Of a stretch of 64,000 nucleotides of DNA, positions 57,192-64,000 are shown piece after piece. Both the position numbers and the translations under genes were made by a program. The DNA comes from Candidatus Latescibacterota bacterium (GTDB lineage Bacteria > Latescibacterota > UBA2968): contig OZ242010.1 in NCBI GenBank assembly GCA_965204745.1, forward strand, positions 576,001 to 640,000. Direction: 5' to 3'. Every line of letters starts with the position of its first letter. Within the stretch, counting starts at the first letter, position 1. The notes under the pieces were generated by a model, which saw nothing but the letters and a program-made list of their open reading frames with translations, was not told the origin of the DNA and did not search any database.

Positions 57192-58457
57192 CTATAACTC
57201 CTTTGCGATTTCAGACAACCGAGCGCGGTGGGCAACCACTTTGGCGAATGCGTGGGCGGTTTGTTCCACCCATTCGGCGCACGGCGCGACTGGCGTGGCG
57301 AGCCAGAAACTGGTCGCTTGCAATGCCTCGCTCACCGGCAGATCGCATTTGGGCATCCGCGCATCCAGGGGCAAATCGCCCCATGGCCCGCCCAAGCCCT
57401 GGAATGAAAATTCATTAAAAAGCGGCTCCAAGTGCATCGCGCTGTATCCCCAAGCGGTGGTCGCGCTGATATAAACCCCCTCGGCGACCAGGGCTTTGAC
57501 GATGACCGAGAGCGGCGCGCCAAACACCTCTGGGTCAACCGTGCCCGCGTAGAGCAACATGCCGCCTCGCGTGGCCTTGGGGTACGTCTGTTGTGGCATC
57601 ACGCCTGGGATGGGCTCGAGCAGGGCGTCCATTCGGTTGAACCACGCCAGTCGCTTTTCGTTGAGCATGGGCAGGCGTTCCAACTGCGCGCGTGCCATCG
57701 CAATGCCCAATGGATTTGCGCGGTACTTGACGCCCAAGCCCATGTTGCGAAGTGCTCTGAACCGGTTGGTGGTCCACAAGTCGTCGCACCTGCCGCATTG
57801 TCCCAGCGCGAGCATGCGGTCGTACAGGTCGTCGTCATTTGTGGTTGCAACGCCCGCTTCCAAGCCGGACACGGGTTTTTTCTCCTGCATGCTAAAGCAA
57901 CCGATATGCCCGATGTTGCCGACCATTTTGTTCTCCCACATGGCCCCGTGCGCGTGAGACGCATCTTCGATGAGGACGATGTCCGTGCCCGCGACGATCT
58001 CCAAGAACGCATCCATATCTGCCGGGTTGCCGTACAGATGCGTCACCACGATGGCGCGCGTGCGAGGCGTGATCCGCTTTTTCACATCTTCTGGGGCCGC
58101 GCAAAAGGTTTGCGGATCGACCTCGCAGAACACGGGCGTGGCATTGCAGTGCAAGATGGGGGTGATGGTCGCGTACCAAGTCGCGGTGGGCACGATCACC
58201 TCTGTTCCGGCGCATGCGCCGGCCGCGAACATCGCCGAGTGCAGGGCCGCCGTGCCATTGCACATGCAAAGCGCGTGTTTGCTACCCACAAATTCCCGAT
58301 ACGCTTTGTCGAACAGGTCGAGTTGGGCATACGCGCTGCCCGGCTCGTCTAACACTTGGTTGACGTATTGCCTCTCCAAGCCGCTCACGACGCGCCACGA
58401 ATCATCTATCGAAGCGGTGACGGCCTTGGGGCCTCCATCAATTGCCAGATCAGACAT
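57192..58457 (-). CDS. DegT/DnrJ/EryC1/StrS family PLP aminotransferase
   Basis: LAIDGGP, NGTAALH, THLYGNPADMD, IEDASHAHGA, FSMQEKK. Confidence 0.92.
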   Translation of the reverse strand: MSDLAIDGGPKAVTASIDDSWRVVSGLERQYVNQVLDEPGSAYAQLDLFDKAYREFVGSKHALCMCNGTAALHSAMFAAGACAGTEVIVPTATWYATITPILHCNATPVFCEVDPQTFCAAPEDVKKRITPRTRAIVVTHLYGNPADMDAFLEIVAGTDIVLIEDASHAHGAMWENKMVGNIGHIGCFSMQEKKPVSGLEAGVATTNDDDLYDRMLALGQCGRCDDLWTTNRFRALRNMGLGVKYRANPLGIAMARAQLERLPMLNEKRLAWFNRMDALLEPIPGVMPQQTYPKATRGGMLLYAGTVDPEVFGAPLSVIVKALVAEGVYISATTAWGYSAMHLEPLFNEFSFQGLGGPWGDLPLDARMPKCDLPVSEALQATSFWLATPVAPCAEWVEQTAHAFAKVVAHRARLSEIAKEL

Positions 58458-58590
58458 TTATCGCTCCTGTCAAGGGAACCAGTAGAACGGCGAACGTGCG
58501 AAACATAAAAACAATTTTGTCTTTTGGATAGTCGTATATATTTTCTCGTATAAGTTTTCGCGAATCAATGTTAAACAGAGGGGGGCCATC

Positions 58591-58875
58591 ATGGAAAAAA
58601 CAACGTCTATGGTACACCGCGTTCCACTGACCAAAGCCCGCGTCAATTTGGGACAAATCGCACGCCGGGCGCACCTCAACAAGGAGTGTTTCATTTTGGA
58701 AAAAAACGGCATTCCCATTGCCGGCATTGTCGATATAGATGATCTGGAAGACTGGTTGGAACTTCAAGACCCCGAGATGCAGGAGCAGATCGCAGAAGGG
58801 GATCGAGAATATCGCCAAGGCAAGACCAAACCTTTGGATGATTTTTTGGCTGAACTGCACGCCGAAAAAAAATAA
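58591..58875 (+). CDS. Phd/YefM family antitoxin
   Basis: VPLTKARVNLGQI...FILEKNGIPIAGIV, acidic C-terminus. Confidence 0.85.
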   Translation: MEKTTSMVHRVPLTKARVNLGQIARRAHLNKECFILEKNGIPIAGIVDIDDLEDWLELQDPEMQEQIAEGDREYRQGKTKPLDDFLAELHAEKK

Positions 58876-58901
58876 ATGCAAAATCACAGGTTCTATCTGC
58901 A

Positions 58902-59186
58902 ATGCCGCAATCATTTCTCATTCGTGCCTCATCTCGCTTTCAGCGCGATGTCCGAATACGCCTCAAACAACGCCCTGAACTGCTGACAGCACTTGAGGAG
59001 TTGCGTATTATTCTCGGTGCGGATCCCTACAATCGCACGCGGCAATACCACATCAAAAAACTCAAGGATATAAAGCAGGGAGGCGGCCAGTGGCGCATTC
59101 GGCATGGCGACTATCGCCTTCGTTACGATATCTTCGGTGAGGAAGTTGTGCTACATTCTTTTCGCCATCGCCGAGAAGCGTATTGA
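58902..59186 (+). CDS. RelE/ParE family toxin
   Basis: IKKLK...WRIRHGDYRLRYDI...HRREAY. Confidence 0.88.
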   Translation: MPQSFLIRASSRFQRDVRIRLKQRPELLTALEELRIILGADPYNRTRQYHIKKLKDIKQGGGQWRIRHGDYRLRYDIFGEEVVLHSFRHRREAY

Positions 59187-59220
59187 CCGAGATCACAGTA
59201 TACGCGATTATCAGAAAAAA

Positions 59221-59250
59221 AACGGGGCTGGAAAATGATCCAGTCCCGTT
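59221..59250. terminator. Bidirectional intrinsic terminator
   Basis: AACGGGGCTGGA-aaatga-TCCAGTCCCGTT flanked by A/T runs. Confidence 0.7.
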
Positions 59251-59283
59251 CATTTTTGCCTCTGCGATCTGCGGAACGCGAGA

Positions 59284-59715
59284 TCACTCGGTCATTTCTT
59301 CAGTTGTGGCGATATGCCCCTCGATTTTGCCGACCATTTCGTCGGCAGAATTTTTGCGGGTCAGGGTTTCCAGCAGGGCATTGTCGCCGGGGTCGATGAG
59401 CAAAACCAGTCCCGTCTTGTTGTTGGCCTTGAGGTGGTCTTCGATGCCGAGGGCAGCGGTCAGCAACCGGGCTTGGGCCGTGCGGGCCTCATCGGTAACG
59501 TCCAATTCCAAAAAGAGAACAGGCTCGTCGGCCAGGGACTCGCGGACTTCCTCGAGCACGGGTGCCAGGGCCTTGCAGGATCCGCACCAGTCCGCATGCA
59601 CCTTGACCACGTACAGGGCAGGACTGCCTTCGCCATCCACTTGGACCGTGCCGGCAAGTGCCGGGGACGCCATCAACAAAAGGGCGAGAGAGAACAACAC
59701 ACATCGCGTCTGCAT
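59284..59715 (-). CDS. Exported thioredoxin-fold protein
   Basis: Signal peptide; HADWCGSCKAL. Confidence 0.85.
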   Translation of the reverse strand: MQTRCVLFSLALLLMASPALAGTVQVDGEGSPALYVVKVHADWCGSCKALAPVLEEVRESLADEPVLFLELDVTDEARTAQARLLTAALGIEDHLKANNKTGLVLLIDPGDNALLETLTRKNSADEMVGKIEGHIATTEEMTE

Positions 59716-59832
59716 AAATTACTCCTCGCTAAAAAATGAACACCATCGCGCTTTGCGGCAACCGTGTATTTAACGCATCAGCGGGCCGGTTGGTTCCCGC
59801 TGAACCCCAGCTCCCGATCCGCGACTACAATC

Positions 59833-60894
59833 CTAAAATTCCACGTTCAAATCAAATGACGCGCTTTGCCGGAGGGGGTAGTGGTAAAACTCGTCGTTTG
59901 AGCGATTGCGAGAAATGCCATAGCCAAATGAGGTCGTAACGCGCTGCGTGAGGGGCAACTCCAAGAGCGCGTCAAAAAACGAATGCACGTCTCGGCGCAA
60001 CCTGCCCGTTGGCAAAACCACGCCGCCGAGGTCAAGGGCGAGATCGTCTTTGTAAGACCGAGTTTCGTACCCGGCTTCGAGGATGATCCGAACCTGCAAG
60101 GGCAAGTGTTGCGTCAGGCGTGCGGTGATCTCATCCCCGCTGTAATCGTAGCGGTCGCGCAAAATATCGTCATTCCCGTAAATCAGGGCGATGAACCGCG
60201 TGGGATCGTCATTCGCCGCCCGCAAATTGATCCGCCGCTGATAGCGCGCCCGGATGCCCGTGTTGTGCATGATGGCCTGCGCGACTTGCACGCCCAAAAC
60301 CACCTGTCCTTCCGCGCCTTCTCGCAATTTGTACCCCAAGCCTAAGTCGCCTCGCAAGGTCGTGCGCGTGGGCAAGAACCTGTTGATCTGAAAAAATGCG
60401 TAGTGATCAACATAGCGCGTCACAGCCAAATTTCGATATGACCGCCAGTTAAACTGATACCCCACCCGTTGCAAGGTCTGCTCTCCGCTGTACCATTTGC
60501 CCTGCGCGTACCCGAACAGCCCGGTATAATTGTACACATCGTAAATCGACCGGTTGGCACGCGCCGCAAGTGCAAGCCCTGCAAACAACTTATCGCGCTC
60601 CCCGGTGTTGAGATTGCGCGCAAAATCCACGCCCAAGCGGTTGGTGGCAAAGGTTCGATCCTCATACCGTCCAAACAGAAACCCATCGCCCCAATAAAAA
60701 AGCCGCAGATGAGATGCGTCCAGGTTGATGAGGCGCGTCACGGAAATGGAAAGCCGGGTCACAACCGCGCTCGCCCCGGCATAGACGCCATCCACATTCG
60801 TATCGTAAGTCGTGCCAACGGTCACATCTGTCAGCACATCCGCCTCTGCTGTTACCAGTCCCATGAGCAATGCGATGATTGTCAGTCGTTTCAT
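59833..60894 (-). CDS. Probable outer-membrane beta-barrel protein
   Basis: Signal peptide, YDTNV first strand, alternating aromatic/polar strands, terminal LNVEF. Confidence 0.7.
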   Translation of the reverse strand: MKRLTIIALLMGLVTAEADVLTDVTVGTTYDTNVDGVYAGASAVVTRLSISVTRLINLDASHLRLFYWGDGFLFGRYEDRTFATNRLGVDFARNLNTGERDKLFAGLALAARANRSIYDVYNYTGLFGYAQGKWYSGEQTLQRVGYQFNWRSYRNLAVTRYVDHYAFFQINRFLPTRTTLRGDLGLGYKLREGAEGQVVLGVQVAQAIMHNTGIRARYQRRINLRAANDDPTRFIALIYGNDDILRDRYDYSGDEITARLTQHLPLQVRIILEAGYETRSYKDDLALDLGGVVLPTGRLRRDVHSFFDALLELPLTQRVTTSFGYGISRNRSNDEFYHYPLRQSASFDLNVEF

Positions 60895-60947
60895 ATTCTC
60901 TACCCAAAAAAGGGGAAAGGCGTTTGCCCTTCCCCGGTGAGTGATGA

Positions 60948-61682
60948 TTATGATCCAGAAGACTCGTCTGGCGCCCAGTGATGGTGGCCTCTGAATCTCT
61001 TGAACCCGCTTCGCCGGCCGTGTCCATCTCCTCGGCGGCCTTGCCCGCCTCTGTGCAACCCCTCGGGCCGCTCAATACCCCATGTTTCGAGTTGGGCATC
61101 CACCGCAGCGCGAATGTCTGAACGGGAAGCGTCCGATGCTTTCAAGCCATCGATGAGGGTTCTGAGTTCGGTTTCTTGATCTTCGGTCAACAGCGCGTCC
61201 AAACCGTGCTCGGGTCGCTCAATGCCCCATTCGGTCAACTGGGCATCCACCGCAACGCGAATGTCTGAACGAGCCGTCTCGGATGCGCGCAAGCCCTCGA
61301 TTAACGCCGTCAATTCGGCCTGTTGATCTTCGGTCAGCACACCCGCCAGATGGGGCGAAATAACAGATCGCTCGGGAAGTTCAATGCCCCACTCGGCCAA
61401 CTTGGCGGTCACCGCAGAGTGAATAGCTTCCCGCGACGCCTCCGACGCACGCAAATCATCCACCAGCGTCTTCAATTCTGCACGCTGCTCTTCGGTCAAC
61501 GACGAAGATGCACCATGTCGCCCCAAAATGCCTCGAGAGCCGCGATGGTACAAGGTTCGCACATTGTCATCAATGCCATCGGCATTTTCATCCACAAAGG
61601 CTTGCGCCGCCTGCGCTTCTCGCCCACTCCACAGGACGCACGTCAGCGCGAGCGCGAGGCCATAGATCATCCACTTCTTCAT
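60948..61682 (-). CDS. Exported helical-repeat protein (three ~45-aa LTExQ repeats)
   Basis: Signal peptide, DENADGIDD, three LTE[E/D]Q..EL..L...L.AS...R..I...V.A.L..WGIE.PE repeats, Gly/Arg/His tail. Confidence 0.75.
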   Translation of the reverse strand: MKKWMIYGLALALTCVLWSGREAQAAQAFVDENADGIDDNVRTLYHRGSRGILGRHGASSSLTEEQRAELKTLVDDLRASEASREAIHSAVTAKLAEWGIELPERSVISPHLAGVLTEDQQAELTALIEGLRASETARSDIRVAVDAQLTEWGIERPEHGLDALLTEDQETELRTLIDGLKASDASRSDIRAAVDAQLETWGIERPEGLHRGGQGRRGDGHGRRSGFKRFRGHHHWAPDESSGS

Positions 61683-62052
61683 CTTCTACTCCTTTCAGTT
61701 GGGTTGTGACCCCTCCCAGTTGCTCTGATCGGTTTTGTCCGGCCGGTACCAAATCCAATCCGAGCCATAACTGCCGCGCTTTGCGGCGGTAGTGCTTTTG
61801 ACGCACACAGGAACATTTGGTTCCACCAAAATGTCTTACGCGCTGTCTCGTATTGTTAGATAAAAAAACAACCCCTCGCGTTCCGCTGAGGGGCCAAAAA
61901 GATCGGGATTTTTTTTGAAGGATTTTCAGAATGAAACGGAAAGCAACCACAGATGAACGCATGCGCTAAAGCGATTTATCTCAGTAGCGATAAAGCCAGT
62001 CCTTCGTCACTCTAGCGAGGTTGGGCGGGGCCTGACCACTGACAACCACCTC

Positions 62053-62745
62053 TTAGGCTGGCCTCAGAATTTTATATTGATCCCCATTGCCGCGCGGCAC
62101 AGTTGCTTCTTGGTACGAAACGATGAACGCCCGGCGCACGCGGGCTGTCTGATTGCCTTTGGAATGATGCCACAGGCAAGCGTGGAACAGCAACAGGTCG
62201 CCTGCTTTCACCGGGCGGGGAATCGCGTCGTCGAACATCAAATCGGCCGGCCCCATACACTTTGGGCATTGTCCGCCAAAAGGCCCATGTGTCACCACGC
62301 CGCCCTTGTGACTGCGCGGCACCACCCACAAACACCCATTCGACTCATCCGCATCCTGCAGCGGAATCCAAGTGGACATGCGCGTTTTGCTCAAGGCCCG
62401 CGTGTTGTAATACGCATCGTCCTGATGCCAGTGGCAGATGTCGTTGGAATGCGGCACTTTGACCGTCAACTTCGCCGAGTAAATCGAAATCCCGGGTTTG
62501 ACGATATCCTCGATCAGGGTCAGCACGCGCTCGTCCCGTGCAAAGCGGCGGGTCACTTCAGAGCGCAAGCCCAACTGCATGATCCATCCCCGGTTGCGCC
62601 CGGTCTCTCGTTGCGTCTCTTGAATCCGGTCGATCTCCCGGTCGATCTCCGCCAGTTCCGCCAGCGGAAAAACATCGGGCACGACGAGGTACCCCTGCTC
62701 GTCATAGACCGCCAACTCATCGGAACTGAGCTTGCGATTCGTCAT
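62053..62745 (-). CDS. Phytanoyl-CoA dioxygenase (PhyH) family protein
   Basis: WHQD, WIPLQDADESNGCLWVVPRSH, HHSKGN...RR. Confidence 0.93.
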   Translation of the reverse strand: MTNRKLSSDELAVYDEQGYLVVPDVFPLAELAEIDREIDRIQETQRETGRNRGWIMQLGLRSEVTRRFARDERVLTLIEDIVKPGISIYSAKLTVKVPHSNDICHWHQDDAYYNTRALSKTRMSTWIPLQDADESNGCLWVVPRSHKGGVVTHGPFGGQCPKCMGPADLMFDDAIPRPVKAGDLLLFHACLWHHSKGNQTARVRRAFIVSYQEATVPRGNGDQYKILRPA

Positions 62746-62748
62746 CTC

Positions 62749-64000
62749 TCACTCCTTCAAAAACAATTCGACCACGGGAACGGTCACCGCGGGTTTTTGC
62801 ACGGGCAGTTCCAGGGTCAGGGTGTCGCGGGCGCGGCTACTGTCGCCCGTGTGCCCGGTGCGGGATCGCACTTCTGACGCGTCGTTCAACAACTGCGCGT
62901 ATTCTACTTTATCGGCGAATCCGTCCAAATGCAAATGCCGAAACGGCCAGGCGAAAATGTGGACGTACAGGCGATGGGTCTCGGCATTGTACGTCAAGCG
63001 GCAATCCTCGGGCGGTTGAAATCCCGCGGGCGCGGCCGTGCAACCGTAAATGGATCGACTGTGCCATTTCATCCACTCGCCGATCCCGCTGAGGCAATGC
63101 AGGGCGCGATCATCGAACGCGCCGCGCCCGGTCGGCCCGACATTGAGCAACAAATTGCCCCCGCGGCTCACCACGCCGATCAGCATTTGCACGAGTTGCT
63201 CCACGCTTTTCCAACTCGCCTCGTCGCGGTGATAGCCCCACGATCCCGAAAAGGTCTGGCACGTTTCCCACAACACGCGGTCGCCTTGGTACGTCACCCA
63301 CTCGCGGGGCATGAATTGTTCGGGCGTGCGGTAATCCCATCCGCCTTCCACATCGTCCAAATCCAAGCGGTCATTGATCACGATGCCCGGTTGCAACGCG
63401 CGCGTCATTTTCATCAACGCCACGCTGTTCCAATCGTCTCTGCCCTTGCCATCAAACCCCTCGGGCCTGCCCCGTGCGCCGGGCGGATAGCTGAAGTCGT
63501 AAAACATCATATCCACTTTGCCGTATTCGGTCAGCAACTCGCGCACCTGCCCGTGCAAATACGCCGCGTATTGGGCCTGATCGCGCGATTCGTTCAGCGC
63601 GTCCTTGTCCGGGTGATTTCGCAAGGCGTGAATCGCGTCGATCCGAAACTGCGGGTGGTGCCAGTCGATCAGGGAATGGTAAAACCCGACCTTCATTCCC
63701 CGCGCCCGAAACGCGTTCGCCATCGGCTTGAGCAAATCCCTGCGTGCAGGCGTGTTGGTCGCCTTGTAATCGGTCAACTTGGAGTCCCACAGCGCGAACC
63801 CCTCGTGGTGCTTGGTCGTCACGCAAAAATACTTCATCCCGGCCTGCGCCGCGGCGTCTGCCCAGGCTTCGGGGTCGTACAAATCCGGATCGAAGTACTT
63901 CAAATACCGGTCGTACTGCGCGTCCGAAATTTCTTCTCGTTGCTTCACCCACTCGTGGCGTGCGGGCAATGCGTACAGCCCCCAGTGGATGAACAAGCCA
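62749..64000 (-). CDS. Alpha-L-fucosidase (GH29), 5' end outside window
   Basis: FIHWGLY, AGMKY...TTKHHEGF.LWDS, VINDR, WETCQT...SWGY, GGNLLLNVGP. Confidence 0.95.
   Translation of the reverse strand, partial: GLFIHWGLYALPARHEWVKQREEISDAQYDRYLKYFDPDLYDPEAWADAAAQAGMKYFCVTTKHHEGFALWDSKLTDYKATNTPARRDLLKPMANAFRARGMKVGFYHSLIDWHHPQFRIDAIHALRNHPDKDALNESRDQAQYAAYLHGQVRELLTEYGKVDMMFYDFSYPPGARGRPEGFDGKGRDDWNSVALMKMTRALQPGIVINDRLDLDDVEGGWDYRTPEQFMPREWVTYQGDRVLWETCQTFSGSWGYHRDEASWKSVEQLVQMLIGVVSRGGNLLLNVGPTGRGAFDDRALHCLSGIGEWMKWHSRSIYGCTAAPAGFQPPEDCRLTYNAETHRLYVHIFAWPFRHLHLDGFADKVEYAQLLNDASEVRSRTGHTGDSSRARDTLTLELPVQKPAVTVPVVELFLKE

Overview
This is a 64 kb GC-rich bacterial window, mostly coded on the minus strand. 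Gene content (TonB receptor + T9SS-type C-terminal-domain protein + PorV/PorQ-like barrel, GWxTD/TPR protein, sulfatase, PhyH, BNR proteins) suggests an FCB-superphylum organism such as Latescibacterota or Gemmatimonadota; this is inference only. The backbone carries icd, hemE-hemH-hemY, folK, gcvPA/PB, coaE, hflKC, tRNA-Thr(CGT), a YtrA-type ABC operon and several catabolic enzymes. The accessory layer is heavy: an IS982, an IS110, an IS5 remnant, a type III R-M locus whose mod-res junction holds MNT/HEPN, Rpn, DUF433 and a thiG fragment, a Phd-RelE TA pair, and a small islet next to the tRNA. The most notable signal is non-coding. Two families of heptamer tandem repeats (ACTGAC[A/T/C] and CT[T/C][A/G]C[C/G]T) occur in an ordered arrangement at gene boundaries. 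Twice they are flanked by ~30-bp duplications of host sequence, once in frame inside a gene. Both IS elements sit inside these repeats. The IS110 left end contains a readable bridge-RNA whose donor guides match its own ends exactly and whose target guides spell the host heptamer repeat. All functional calls come from motif recognition by eye; no searches were run.
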